Source of the DNA: Eledone cirrhosa
Taxonomy: Eukaryota
Assembly (NCBI GenBank): GCA_964016885.1
Contig: OZ024758.1
Span: 1,240,001-1,304,000, forward strand
Reading direction: 5' to 3'
Length of the DNA stretch: 64,000 nt
Positions 13,757 through 27,960 of the stretch are shown here, piece after piece. The notes under the pieces are model-generated. The model was not told the DNA's origin. It made no database searches and worked only from the letters and a program-made list of their open reading frames with translations. The first letter of the stretch is position 1. Each line of letters begins with the position of its first letter. Both the position numbers and the translations under genes were made by a program.

Positions 13757-14903
13757 ATACGTCCAACGATATGATAAAACCACAGGTCAATAACCTTCTG
13801 CAATACGTCCAACGATATGATAGAACCACAGGTCAATAACCTTCTGTAATACGTCCAACGATATGATAGAACCACAGGTCAATAACCTTCTGCAATACGT
13901 CCAACGATATGATAAAACCACAGGTCAATAACCTTCTGCAATACGTCCAACGATATGATAGAACCACAGGTCAATAACCTTCTGCAATACGTCCAACGAT
14001 ATGATAAAACCACAGGTCAATAACCTTCTGCAATACGTTCAACGATATGATAAAACCACAGGTCAATAACCTTCTGCAATACGTCCAACGATATGATAAA
14101 ACCACAGGTCAATAACCTTCTGCAATACGTCCAACGATATGATAAAACCACAGGTCAATAACCTTCTGCAATACGTCCAACGATATGATAAAACCACAGG
14201 TCAATAACCTTCTGCAATACGTCCAACGATATGATAGAACCACAGGTCAATAACCTTCTGCAATACGTCCAACGATATGATAAAACCACAGGTCAATAAC
14301 CTTCTGCAATACGTCCAACGATATGATAGAACCACAGGTCAATAACCTTCTGTAATACGTCCAACGATATGATAGAACCACAGGTCAATAACCTTCTGCA
14401 ATACGTCCAACGATATGATAAAACCACAGGTCAATAACCTTCTGCAATACGTCCAACGATATGATAGAACCACAGGTCAATAACCTTCTGCAATACGTCC
14501 AACGATATGATAAAACCACAGGTCAATAACCTTCTGCAATACGTTCAACGATATGATAAAACCACAGGTCAATAACCTTCTGCAATACGTTCAACGATAT
14601 GATAAAACCACAGGTCAATAACCTTCTGCAATACGTCCAACGATATGATAAAACCACAGGTCAATAACCTTCTGCAATACGTCCAACGATATGATAAAAC
14701 CACAGGTCAATAACCTTCTGCAATACGTCCAACGATATGATAAAACCACAGGTCAATAACCTTCTGCAATACGTCCAACGATATGATAGAACCACAGGTA
14801 AATAACCTTCTGCAATACGTCCAACGATATGATAAAACCACAGGTCAATAACCTTCTGCAATACGTCCAACGATATGATAGAACCACAGGTCAATAACCT
14901 TCT
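13757..14903. repeat. 46-bp minisatellite, ~25 copies
   Basis: Unit CAATACGTCCAACGATATGATAAAACCACAGGTCAATAACCTTCTG, no spacers. Confidence 0.95.
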
Positions 14904-14971
14904 TCAATTACAGCTGGATCCCAGCCACTGCATCTCTGATCGTTGTTAGTATTATTACTGGTCGCGGTCTG

Positions 14972-15165
14972 GGGGTGGATTGGCAGTATCGGTAGAGGGT
15001 CGGACGACATGATTTGACGCATAGAGTTACGGCCCTTGCCATTCTACGTTCAAATCCCGCCGAAGTTAACTTTGCCTTCCATCCTTACGGGATCGATAAA
15101 ATAAAGTACCAGTAATACACTGGGATAATTGCTGGCCTTGTGTCAAAAGTAGAAACAATTATTAT
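14972..15165 (+). mobile_element. tRNA-derived SINE
   Basis: Full family consensus through GCTGGCCTTGTG.CAAAAGTAGAAACAATTATT. Confidence 0.85.
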
Positions 15166-15271
15166 TGGTTACCATCTCACATTCATATTTCTTTGTTTTA
15201 CAGATTTTAATGCATTTCTTCAGACGGTTCACTAATTCTGTCAAGCCGCCATCTTAATGGCTTCTTTAACA

Positions 15272-15485
15272 ATGGCTTCTACTTCAAGCACAAGGCAAGT
15301 AATTTAAAGGAGAGAGGAAAGTCGATTAAATCGACCCTAGTGTGTTACTGGTACTTTATTTTATCGACCCCGTAAGAATGAAAGGCAAAGCTAACCTCAG
15401 CAAGATTTGAACTCAGATCGTAAAGGGGGATAACTCTATGCCATAAAGCATATTGTCCGACTCTCTTACGATTCTGCCTATCCAA
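15272..15485 (-). mobile_element. tRNA-derived SINE
   Basis: Reverse-complement family match. Confidence 0.8.
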
Positions 15486-15510
15486 TGGTCTTTTAATAAT
15501 GGTTTCTGAT

Positions 15511-15562
15511 TTAGGATTATGGTTAGGGTTAGGGTTAGGGTTAGGGTTAAGGTTAGGGTTAA
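15511..15562 (+). repeat. Interstitial telomeric (TTAGGG)n
   Basis: About 7-8 units, some imperfect. Confidence 0.8.
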
Positions 15563-15735
15563 AGCCAACAATTTGGGGAGAGGGGAAAGTCGATTAAATC
15601 GAACGCAAAGGGCTGTAACTCAATACCGCAAAGCATGCTGTATAACTAATTTTACAGATTGATTCTCAAACTTAAGTCAGGATTAGCTGTAATAACCTAT
15701 TGTAAATACGTGTGTTTGCGTAACGGAGTTGGTGC

Positions 15736-15910
15736 ATAGGCTGTGTTTCATTTTTGTTGTCTCGTCATCAGTAACCTTCCACTGTGAAGGTAGACCATTT
15801 ATCAAGCTTCTTCCAGTTATGACATAGGCTGTATTTCATTTTTGTTGTCCCGTCATCAGTAACCTTCCACTGTGAAGGTAGACCCTTTATCAAGCTTCTT
15901 CCAGTTATGA
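15736..15910. repeat. 88-bp tandem duplication
   Basis: CATAGGCTGT..CTTCTTCCAGTTATGA twice. Confidence 0.85.
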
Positions 15911-16017
15911 ACAACTCGTCGCTTTTTCAGACATTTAAGATCTGTGTCTTCTAACTGGTCTTGCAAACTGAAGGAGTTTCCGTCCTTGTCTTATCTGTAT
16001 GTGTGTCTGTGCATGTG

Positions 16018-16065
<48 letters not shown>

Positions 16066-16825
16066 TGTGTGTGCGTGTGCATGGGTGTATGTGTTTGTGC
16101 GTTTGCATGTGTATATATGTGTGCGAGCGTTTGTGCGTGTGTCTGTGTCTGTGTATGAGTGTGCGTGTATGTGTGTGTACGAGCGTTAGTGTGTATATAT
16201 GTGTGTATGTGTCGGTATGTGGTTGTAATAATATTTCCGTTATTACAAGACAGCACTGACCCCCCCCCCCCTCCCCACCCAACACACACACACATCTCCC
16301 CCCACCCCCCACCGAAGGTTGAGATCTCACAGTTTGATAGATTGTAGATTAGACGCATACTAGCTGCAAGTTGTACTACTAGAAACCTCTGTATAAGTAT
16401 TCACACCACAAACTTGCCGGTTTCAAGTTCCACTCTCCCTGTCATTTGGGTTCAACCAGCACCAAGTCCTGTCTTTCTATCTACCTACCTTTTTATTTTA
16501 TGTTTGTTCACTTTTACCTTCTTTCCTTCCTTGAGATATTGAGTGTATTCCGTGCAATGTCTAATGGGTTATACAAACTGAACAGCGAAAAAGTGAAGTG
16601 GTAATGAAATCTCTACAACTTTGAGGGTGGTTAATAGATGGCAGCAGTGGTTGTGTATATACTGGTATTATTAGCGGTGGTCCACATTTTCACTATTAGG
16701 TTCTCTTATACATTTCAATCTGATAGTTTTATCGCAAACAACAAATAAACCAGGATGACCCGAGGTTACAGGAAACACAAACTGACAAACACACTCACAT
16801 ACAAATAGACGACAACAATAACAAC

Positions 16826-16857
<32 letters not shown>

Positions 16858-16979
16858 CAAAAGGTATCCGAACACACACTCGCACACAGACACAATTATA
16901 TACACATCAATACACATAAATATATATATATATATATACTTCATAACAGGTTACTTTTTCCTCCTCTATTTCTCTCTTG

Positions 16980-17101
<122 letters not shown>

Positions 17102-17712
17102 ATATATATGTGTATACATATATATATATACATGTATATGTATATATATATATATATATATGTGTGTATATATGTATATACATTTTATATATATATCGAA
17201 TGTAGAAAAGTAACATATATATATATAGATATGTGTATATATATATTTATATATATATATATATGTACATATATATATGTATGTATGTATATATACATGT
17301 ATGAATGTAAGTGTGTATAATAAAATAGTGAAATAATGTGTATAACAATTCTACAATTCTACACAGTCTTCTCTATAAATCGATTCCCAACTGAATACAA
17401 TTGAAAAAAATAAACGTTTCTTAAAACTTTGGTGTAAAAAATAATGGTGGCAGCACTATAATCGTTTGATATGTTCATAGTTTATATCATTTATATCATC
17501 GTTGTGTACTCTTTGATTGCTCCTGTCTCTTTACTTTGTTGTTACTGTTGTTGTTGTTAATATTGTTGTTGTTGTTACTGTTGTTGTTACTGTTGTTGTT
17601 GTTACTGTTGTTGTTCTTGCTTTTTCTTTTTGTAATTTTGTCTTTTTTTTTCGCTTTATACTTTATATTTGTTCCTGTCTCTGGATCTCATTTCTTTATA
17701 ACCCCCCCCCCA

Positions 17713-17763
<51 letters not shown>

Positions 17764-17884
17764 TATAAATATGTATTCATGTATAAATATGTATAGCTAT
17801 ACATCTCTCTAAATATATATAAACATTTATATATAATGTGTGTATATATTATATACGTGTGTGTACGTGTATATGTATATATAT

Positions 17885-17953
<69 letters not shown>

Positions 17954-18566
17954 TATATATGAGTGTTATGATATATCGGCTTTGGGATACAAACACACAT
18001 ACACGTACATTATTTTGTATGTTTGTAATTTTTGTTTACCGACGATGAGTGTCCGTTGATAAAATATATTATAAATCACAGCTGTCAAACTGAACTACTG
18101 TTTGAGCAAACCTTTTCACAATATCAGGTACATATTCCCTGCCGTGAAGTTGTCCTACAAAACACATACTAAAATACGTACAAATGACACTTGCACGCAT
18201 ACATAAGGAATATCCACCTGGAAACACAAGTTCTAATACACACATTCACAGCAAGAAATTGTCTCCCTATCACCTTAGTCGTTCATCACCCGGTTTGGCG
18301 GTGGGGAGGGGGGTGATGAGTGGGGTATTTGAGTGAGTGAGAGCGGGTGGAAAAAATAGGGGAGCACCCGTGTGCGTGATAGCTTGTTTGAAAAATACAT
18401 GACCGCCCACATGAAGATAGATTATCAACAATCTTTAGAACCGAATGACGCTATTCAGTCGGATAGAATATCTTATAATTAAAACACAAGCAAGGAGGGT
18501 TCAATTCTTGGTGATGGCCCTGCCTAAATTATTCCACCGCTTAACTAAGATTTTATCAACAAGAGG

Positions 18567-19030
18567 TTCTTCTTCTTCTTCTTCTTCTTCTTCTTCTTCT
18601 TCTTCTTCTTCTTCTTCTTCTTCTTCTTCTTCTTCTTCTTCTTCTTCTTCTTCTTCTTCTTCTTCTTCTTCTTCTTCTTCTTCTCCCACTTGTTCCTGAG
18701 AGGGTCGTGGGGCAGCAGTGTCCTCAAACACTCCTTCCAGCGGGTCCTGTCAGAAGCAATCGTCCCCACCTGATCTGGCTGGATCCCCAAGTGAGACCAG
18801 CTAAGCTCCTGGATGTTATCCAACTCTCTTGCTCAGGGTCTACTCCTGTATCTCCTGCCGGCTGCTTTTTGCCCGTAAAATCTGTCCAGTGATTCTTCCC
18901 TGAGACATTCTAACCATATGTCCGTAGTATCGGAGTTGTGATCTTTCAATTCCGTGGTTCTACCTGGGATGACTCTCTCATCTCAAAGCTACCCACATTA
19001 TCGAGTAACCTTAATCCAAATATTTTTTCT
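18567..19030 (-). mobile_element. RTE-clade LINE 3' end with (GAA)n tail
   Basis: Minus strand ..RSQLRYYGHMVRM.. and DNI...IASDRTRWKEC (RTE C-terminus), ending directly in (GAA)n at 18567..18683. Confidence 0.7.
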
Positions 19031-19045
19031 GCGCATGTGTTTGTA

Positions 19046-19121
<76 letters not shown>

Positions 19122-19159
19122 GCAACATGACCTACCAACCCATTAACCCATCAGCTTTT

Positions 19160-19345
19160 CAAACCCGCACCCTACCATCCAAACCACACCAGTCCAACAG
19201 ACCCGCACCCTACCATCCAAACCACACCAGTCCAACAGACACCCAGCCTACCATCCAAACCACACCAGTTCAACAGACCCGCACCCTACCATCCAAACCA
19301 CACCAGTCCAACACCACCAGTCAGACCCCACCCTACCATCCACAA
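19160..19345. repeat. 38-bp C-rich minisatellite
   Basis: CAGACCCGCACCCTACCATCCAAACCACACCAGTCCAA x~4.5. Confidence 0.85.
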
Positions 19346-19937
19346 CCTACCACCAGAACCTTCAATAGTTTCAACATCCCCACCATACACTCCCACCATA
19401 CCCTCCCACCATACCCTCCTAACACACTCACCCGCCAAAAAGCAAAGAAATAACTTTAAACAAGACGTTGCCACCCATAGCTTTTTATTTTATTTTCCGT
19501 TTATCTTTTTGTAGCTGTTTGTTTCAAGAGTGACAACAGTACAGCTACAACTACCGCCATCAACTTATTCAACATTTCAACATACTTAACAAGAACAACA
19601 AAGTTTGTCAATGAAAAGAGACACCTCTACCAATGACAAAACTAACAGCGACTACTGCAACTACAACGACAGCAACAGGTAACAACAATAACAACAATAA
19701 CAACAATAACAACAAGTAACAACAATAACAACAATAACAACAAGTATCAACAATAACAACAATAACAACAATATAGCTTCAAAGTAAAACAGAAATACGA
19801 AACAAGCTTAGAATAGTAAAGCCGTATAGAGAGAAAATCGTTGTTTCTACTTTTGGCACAAGGCCAGCAATTAACCAGTACATTACTGGTACTTTATTTT
19901 TAGTGAAGATCAACTACATTATTTCAGAGAGCGAGAG

Positions 19938-20108
19938 ATTGGCAGCATCAGTAGAGCGTCGGACACCATGCGTTCAAATCTGAGTGCAAATCTGAGTTCA
20001 AATCCAGCCGAGGTCAGTTTTGCATGTCATCCTTACGTGGTCAATAAAATAAAGTACCAGTAATGCACTGAGATAATTGCTGGCCTTGTGCCAAAGGTAG
20101 AACAATAT
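19938..20108 (+). mobile_element. tRNA-derived SINE (preceded by a minus-strand 3' fragment at 19840..19900)
   Basis: Family match. Confidence 0.8.
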
Positions 20109-20401
20109 TTGTAACCACTCTACACATAGGTATCCCATACACTGGGAATACACTCTGATTTGCTTCTACTTACGAATATTAATAAGGAATTTATATAAAT
20201 AACTTTTCCTTCTCCTCAATAGAATCGACTTGTCCCGCCCCCAATTTGCAGGCCTTGTGCCTAGAGTAGAAATCATTATTTCAAGAAGGTATGCAGAAAA
20301 AATTATAACGAATAATAAAAGGAATGGTCCCTCACCATCTCTCAATACCAGCTTTGCCTCACGAAATCAGTAACTTAATAAACAAAAAACGTATTCTACA
20401 A

Positions 20402-20476
<75 letters not shown>

Positions 20477-20560
20477 CGTGTGTGTGTGTTTAGTGGTAGC
20501 TATGTTGCTTCCGTAGGCGGTATGCCAAAATTAGCACTCGATATTCATCAGAGTAGAGTG

Positions 20561-20872
20561 TATATATTATCAAAAAAACGAAAAATCAGTGATGCATCTG
20601 GACTTAGTTTATTTCGTGTTACAAATGTTTCGCCGGCATGTAGCTCGAGTCATGGTCCTTGTATTGATCTGGCTGATTCTACTTCTGCGGGTTCTTTCAG
20701 ACACGTCTGTTATGTCCGGAGCAAATTTTATCACAGACGTGTCTGAAAGAACCCGCAGAAGTAGAATCAGCCAGATCCATACAAGGACCATGACTCGAGC
20801 TACATGCCGGCGAAACATTTGTAACACGAAATAAACTAAGTCCAGATACATCACTGATTTTTCGTTTTCTTG

Positions 20873-20880
<8 letters not shown>
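20561..20880. mobile_element. ~150-bp-arm inverted repeat with a hammerhead-like motif in each arm
   Basis: Arms 20561..20710 and 20733..20880. Right arm reads CGTGT-CTGAAAGA-(long stem II)-GAAA-CATTTG-TA-ACACG. Confidence 0.7.
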
Positions 20881-20925
<45 letters not shown>

Positions 20926-20926
20926 C

Positions 20927-20958
<32 letters not shown>

Positions 20959-21213
20959 GGAAACAGAGCGCAAAACGAAGTTTCACATTAAGGTCATTAT
21001 TGAGTATTCTTACTTACGAACGTTTCATAGTTGGGTGGCTCAGGATCTGTATTAAAGCTGGAGACCACCACCCCAGGCCGATCTGCTCTTTAGCGTAGAG
21101 TGCTGATTTATATATATATATATATACAGTCCAGAATTAGCCGTCGCAACGGCTTGAACTCTGCCGTCGGGGTCATACTTGTTCCTATATATATATATAT
21201 ATATAAATCAGCA

Positions 21214-21250
<37 letters not shown>

Positions 21251-21572
21251 AACATGCACACACACATGCACATATATACATATAAATATATATATATATG
21301 TATATGTGTGTGTGTGTGTGGAGTGTGTGAGTATGTTTATGTGTTATTGTATGAGTGTGTTGGTGTGTACATGTGTGTGTACGTGCATTTGTGTGTGTAT
21401 ATGTGTGTGTTAGCGTGCAAAATAACCACAAGTCACCCACTGAGAGATTTGCACAAAAAAAATCAAAAATCGGGAAGATGTATATAATGAAAAAAGAATA
21501 TAAAATAAATGGAGGCCAAATGTTGTGAGTAGAAAGTTGTGGAGATTTGGGGAAAGATCAGCAGAAACCAAT

Positions 21573-21752
21573 ATAATTGTTTCTACTTTAGGCACAAGGC
21601 CAGCAATTACTCAGTATATTAATGGTACTTTATTTTATCGACCACGTAAGGATGAAAGGCAAAGTTAACCTCGACGGGATTTGAACTGTAAGGGACGTAA
21701 CTATGCTAGAAAGCATGGCGTCCAACCCTCTACCGATACTGCCAATTCACCA
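21573..21752 (-). mobile_element. tRNA-derived SINE
   Basis: Reverse-complement family match. Confidence 0.85.
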
Positions 21753-21859
21753 AAACAATATGATGGTAAGAAGCTAAAGACAAACATCTTTCAGTGAAAA
21801 TATCTACACTAAACAGAACATAGAACAGGAGTTGAATAAAAACTTAAAATGAAGCAACC

Positions 21860-21872
21860 TTATATATATATG

Positions 21873-21926
<54 letters not shown>

Positions 21927-22009
21927 TATGTATATGTATGTGTGTGTGTGTATGTGTATATATATATATATATGTTTATGTATATGTATGTATATGTATG
22001 TGTATGTAG

Positions 22010-22048
<39 letters not shown>

Positions 22049-22066
22049 GTATACACATATGTATAT

Positions 22067-22148
<82 letters not shown>

Positions 22149-22163
22149 GTAATGTATGTATAC

Positions 22164-22222
<59 letters not shown>

Positions 22223-22275
22223 TATATATACCCATTTATATACATACATACATATATACACACACACATATATAT
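21860..22275. repeat. Long (TA)n/(TG)n compound microsatellite, representative of dozens in the window
   Basis: Direct reading. Confidence 0.9.
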
Positions 22276-22559
22276 CAGACATAGATAAATGTATAAAAAA
22301 TAGAAAATACAACGAGACAAAGAATAAGCAAAGAAAAGTTAAAGTTAAGAATCAGCTGAGTACTTCTCAACCCTCTCCAAGTCTACCTTTGTGTTGTTCT
22401 TTAGATTTTTTGATGGTCGCTTTATTTGTATTTTCTTCACATTGTTTGATTTTAAATGGGATTTTACTCTTCTTCTGGTTTTTTATATTTTCATGAATCA
22501 ACTTTTTGGAGAAACAGGCAAACATCTTGAGTGATATTGGTTAGATCTGCTTCTTTTAG

Positions 22560-22666
<107 letters not shown>

Positions 22667-22758
22667 TCAGAACGTACTTGGTAACATTGTATCAAGACAG
22701 AAAATAACAACAGAAATAAAATATAAAGAAGTCAATATCACTAAACTGAACCTATGTA

Positions 22759-22824
<66 letters not shown>

Positions 22825-22917
22825 CAATATACAGACACAAATGTACAAACATTAATGTCTAGCTTTTACTCTTTTTCTCACACACACACACACAAACACA
22901 CTCTTTCTCTCTCTTTT

Positions 22918-22989
<72 letters not shown>

Positions 22990-22993
<4 letters not shown>

Positions 22994-23167
22994 AAAAGAG
23001 TTAGGACCCCGACGGCTGAGCTCCGGCCGTTTCGACAGCTAGATCCGAACGGCCGGAGCTCAGCCGTCGGAGCCCTGACTATTTTCCTATTACCCACTCT
23101 ACTACCCTTAGTATCGAGTACTCTAGTGTGTTATGGTCCACCTGGTTCCTTACCACACTTCCTTCGT

Positions 23168-23170
<3 letters not shown>
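22990..23170 (+). mobile_element. Fold-back element (GAAACGGC..GCCGTC family) in (TA)n
   Basis: Inverted arms around ~23040 plus tail. Relatives at 7190..7290, 21128..21190, 24150..24335, 54272..54335. Confidence 0.65.
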
Positions 23171-23212
<42 letters not shown>

Positions 23213-23301
23213 ATGTAAAAGGTAAACAGAAATAACAACACAATCGGTACAATATATGGTAGGTATATATTAGGTTAACGCTTGATATAGTAGGAAGAGC
23301 G

Positions 23302-23337
23302 TCTTAACGTTTCGGACGCTGGTCCTTCATCAGAAGA
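23302..23337 (-). ncRNA. Minimal type I hammerhead ribozyme (Penelope-type)
   Basis: Minus strand reads TCTT-CTGATGA-A-GGAC-CAGC-GTCC-GAAA-CG-TT-AAGA: stems I and II paired, loopless palindromic stem III (AACGTT). Confidence 0.8.
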
Positions 23338-23445
23338 AAGAATGAGAAATACAATAGATTAAGGGGACGGGCGGGATGGAATTGGAAAAAATGTCTTTAG
23401 ATAAAAATAATAGGTCCATTCATCTCTTGCATATCTATCTATCTA

Positions 23446-23541
<96 letters not shown>

Positions 23542-23634
23542 TGTTAAAATAACAGATTAAAGTTTAAGCAAAGAATCGCTGCTTTCACCCTTAACGAGCC
23601 CTCTTTGGATTTTAGTCTTCAAATTTATTATTAT

Positions 23635-23748
<114 letters not shown>

Positions 23749-24149
23749 TTGGACAACCTGCTGGATGAAAAACAAAACTCGTCAAAGGGCAGAGGAATTC
23801 AGGAGAGACAACGGCCCTTCAATAAAGTTTTTTTTTTTTTTCCTAATCTTCATTAAGACATCTCCCTAGAAGAAGGTCACGCTGATATAAAGCCTGCGAC
23901 TTCTTTTGCATCCAATGATGTAGACCAGTCCATCTTTGGGGGTAAATGCATTCGATGTTCAAAGAGTGGGATTGGCCCCGTGCAAGGCCTTTCTTCAAAA
24001 AAGCTTCAAGCACAGTCATCGCTTGATATGTGACATTTGTTTGCGTTGCAATGCATTTCTGGCCATAGGCAAGTGCTTAGCAGGACCGAAAAGCCACTCT
24101 AAATCGAGTTATCATCATCATCATCACATATATATATATATATATATAT

Positions 24150-24328
24150 ATAGGAAAAAGTATGACCCCGACGGCAGAGCTCAAGCCGTTTCGACGGCTA
24201 TTTCTGGACGTCGAAACGGCTTGACCTCTGACGTCGGGATCATACTTTTCCTATTTCCTACTCTACTACCCTAAGTATTGAGTACTCTGGTGCGTTATGG
24301 TCCATCTGGTTCCTTACCACAATTCCTT

Positions 24329-24335
<7 letters not shown>
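24150..24335 (+). mobile_element. Fold-back element, related subfamily of 22990..23170
   Basis: TAGGAAAAAGTATGACCCCGACGG...TTTCGACG / CGTCGAAACGG...CATACTTTTCCTA plus shared tail CTCTACTACCC..GAGTACTCT..GGTTCCTTACCAC; (TA)n flanks. Confidence 0.65.
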
Positions 24336-24409
<74 letters not shown>

Positions 24410-24810
24410 ACCTATCTGATGTGTCTATCCCAATGAAAGAGTCTTGAGTCTTGTGTCTATGTTAGAAACCTGCTCTCTACTTGATAGGAAAAATTTATAA
24501 AATAACGAAACCAAAAGAACATACATACATACATCATGTATATATACATACATCATCTATATATACATACATACTTCATGTATATATACATACATCATCT
24601 ATATATACATACATACATCATGTATATATACATATATACATCATGTATATATACATACATCATGTATATATACATATATACATCATGTATATATACATAC
24701 ATATATACACATTCTTGTGTATATTAGTCCATCCCCTAAAAGAAGTTGTTGAAAAACTCACTAAAATATCTTGTTTTAGAAAAAAAAACCTCGTCTGGTG
24801 TAATTATTGT

Positions 24811-24915
<105 letters not shown>

Positions 24916-24964
24916 ATTATTATAATAGTGTGTTGTTGATTGATAATGAGGATTAGTTTGAATA

Positions 24965-25945
24965 TTTTGTTGTTGTTGTTGTTGTTGGTGGTGGTGGTGA
25001 TGCTGTTGCTGATGCTGAAGTTGATAGTGATGATGATGGTGATGATGATAAGGATGATGTTGGTGATGATGATGCTGGTGATGATGATGATGATGATGAT
25101 GAATGTAGTGGTGATGATGATGCTGGTGATGATGATGATGATGGCGGTGATGATGATGATGATGATGCCGGTGGTGGTGATGATGATGATGGTGGTGGTG
25201 ATAATGGTGTTGATGACGATGATGATGATGGTACTGTATCTAATGATGATGGTGGTGGTGGCACTGTAGCTGATGATGATGGTGGTGGAGGTGGTGGTGG
25301 TGGCACTGTAGCTGATGATGATGATGATGGTGGCACTGTAGCTGATGATGATGGTGGTGGAGGTGGTGGTGGTGGTACTGTAGCTGATGATGATGATGAT
25401 GGTGGCACTGTAGCTGATGATGATGGTGGTGGAGGTGGTGGTGGTGGTACTGTAGCTGATGATGATGATGATGGTGGCACTGTAGCTGATGATGATGGTG
25501 GTGGAGGTGGTGGTGGTGGTACTGTAGCTGATGATGATGATGATGGTGGCACTGTAGCTGATGATGATGGTGGTGGAGGTGGTGGTGGTGGTACTGTAGC
25601 TGATGATGATGATGATGGTGGCACTGTAGCTGATGATGGTGGTGGTGGTGGTGGTGGTGGTGATGGTGGCACTGTAGCTGATGATGGTGGTGGTGGTGGT
25701 GGTGATGGTGGCACTGTAGCTGATGATGGTGGTGGTGGTGGTGGTGATGGTGGCACTGTAGCTGATGATGATGGTGGTGGAGGTGGTGATGGTGGCACTG
25801 TAGCTGATGATGGTGGTGGTGGTGGTGGTGATGGTGGCACTGTAGCTGATGATGGTGGTGGTGGTGGTGGTGATGGTGGCACTGTAGCTGATGATGGTGG
25901 TGGTGGAGGTGGTGATGGTGGTACTGTAGCTGATGATGATGATGA
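24965..25945. repeat. (GAT)n/(GGT)n composite minisatellite with GGCACTGTAGCT punctuation
   Basis: Direct reading; source of the poly-P and poly-H ORFs. Confidence 0.9.
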
Positions 25946-26787
25946 AGCTTCTCTTGATACGGAGCCAATAAACATATCATGTGTAGACAAGGAATACAAT
26001 TACTATTTGAGAACATCCATCCAGACCAAATGAAAAATGGTGTCACGTGATTTATGACCCGTCCAAATTTTATGCGCGCGCAGACACCAATGTCTGCCTA
26101 GCATTTCACTCTCCATTACCCATTAAACTGTGTATATATATATATATATATAACACACACATATATACACACGTGTGTATATATGTGTGTGTGGGTGTGT
26201 CTAAGTTGGTGTGTTTGTGAGTGTATGAGTATGCCTGTGTATATGCGTGTATGTGTGTGTGTTAAAACATTTTGCATAGACAATTGCATATATATATATA
26301 TATAAATGTATATATATGAGCATATCCATATATGATTGTGTATGAATGTGTCTAGATACGTCCATATATATATGAGTATATGCATATATCACTGTGTATG
26401 TGTTTAAATACACCCATCTATGCCTGAGCATATGCGTATATGATTGTGTATGAATGTAGATACTTCCACATATGTAGGAGCATATGTATATATGTTTGTG
26501 TATGTGTATGTGTGTATCTAGATGGTTCCATATCTATCTGAGCAAATGCATATATGTTTGTGTATGTAACTGTCTAGACACTTCCATATGTGTAGAAGTA
26601 TATATGATTCTGTATGTATGGTATGTATGTATATATATGTACGCATGTGTGTATGTATGCAAGAATTTACGTATGCCTGATGGATTGTATGAATATATAT
26701 GTGCTTGTATGTATGGTTGTATGCATGTATATATGTTTGTGTATGTATGCATTCATGTTTGCATATATGTATGCATGTATGTATGTA

Positions 26788-26847
<60 letters not shown>

Positions 26848-26851
26848 TAAA

Positions 26852-26943
<92 letters not shown>

Positions 26944-27589
26944 AATGCACTCGTATTTCTGTTTATGTGCATAGAGATTTTACTGCATCTGCGGCTCTGC
27001 ATGTATTGATCTGTCTGTGTGTACTCATCTATGTTTGCATGTCTAAATTCGTCCATGTCTTCGTACTATAAGCTAAACCTCTGGAATGCTATACTTATTT
27101 TCACAGTTTCAGTAATGGATATTTAATTGCAACAAGATGCTGTCCGAATGAAATCCTTAAACGTTCACAGGCAATTTGACTCGATGTAAAGCCTCTCTTT
27201 TATTTGTTTTTGTTATATATCCAGACGGCCAATATCACTATTTTTTGGTGGTGGTGAGCAATTTTCGGATTTTAAAATCAATGACTCTAATATTATCTGG
27301 CGTCTAATCGAGATACATAAATGCTGAAATATGTAGTGGTACAACAAACTCAATGTCGACTACTTACTGATTTATTCTATACGTGGATATTTGTGGACAA
27401 TAGCTGGTTTTCGTTTTCCTCGTTACTAGTTTCTGGTTACATATCGCATCAAATAATATATTTTTATCCATTTTTAGGTGCAGATATCATAGAAATAGTC
27501 AGGTCACTTTATAAAAATGTTACTTGACTGGCTTGTAACAAAATTTCCTTGCCTTACAATTGTCCAAATGCAATACCCAGACGAAATTC

Positions 27590-27960
27590 TCTTTATCATT
27601 CGTATCTATGGCATATACCGTATTTAGCGGTTTATAAGACGCATGGGCTTATAGGAGGCATAGTCTTGTGGTTTATAGCTCCCTGTGTTTCATTGGCTTT
27701 CATGTGCCACCAATTTTCCTTCATTTGTCGAAGACTGCTCTGAATCTTTGATTCCATAACTTTAATCTTACTGATTTTGTTGGAATTTTGGGACTTCCCT
27801 AGAATGTGTTTGCACATATCTTGTTTTCAGGCAGAAGTCTGGACAGTTCCAAGTCATTAACACCAAACCAATGAACCACCTTCTTGGATTGGAAACCTAA
27901 AATGTTTGATACAAATTCATAGAGTTGAGACTTGGAACTCTCCTAAAGGTTATCTTCATT
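27590..27960 (-). mobile_element. Degraded RTE-like LINE ORF fragment
   Basis: IQSSLRQMKENWWHMKANETQGA resembles the RTE EN-RT linker. Confidence 0.45.

Noticed and set aside
13757-14903. 46-bp array as a CRISPR array
   Set aside because: Head-to-tail units with no unique spacers, no cas genes, eukaryotic context.
15736-15910. Minus-strand CTGATGA...GAAA in the 88-bp tandem as a hammerhead dimer
   Set aside because: No pairing for stem II or stem I could be found.
21804-22496. [12 protein letters not shown] ORFs here and throughout the window
   Set aside because: Translations of (TA)n, (TG)n and (CA)n microsatellites.
24953-26046. 348-aa Pro/Ser-rich and 268-aa His-rich ORFs
   Set aside because: Several frames are open only because of (GAT)/(GGT) triplet repeats; no unique domain or splice context.
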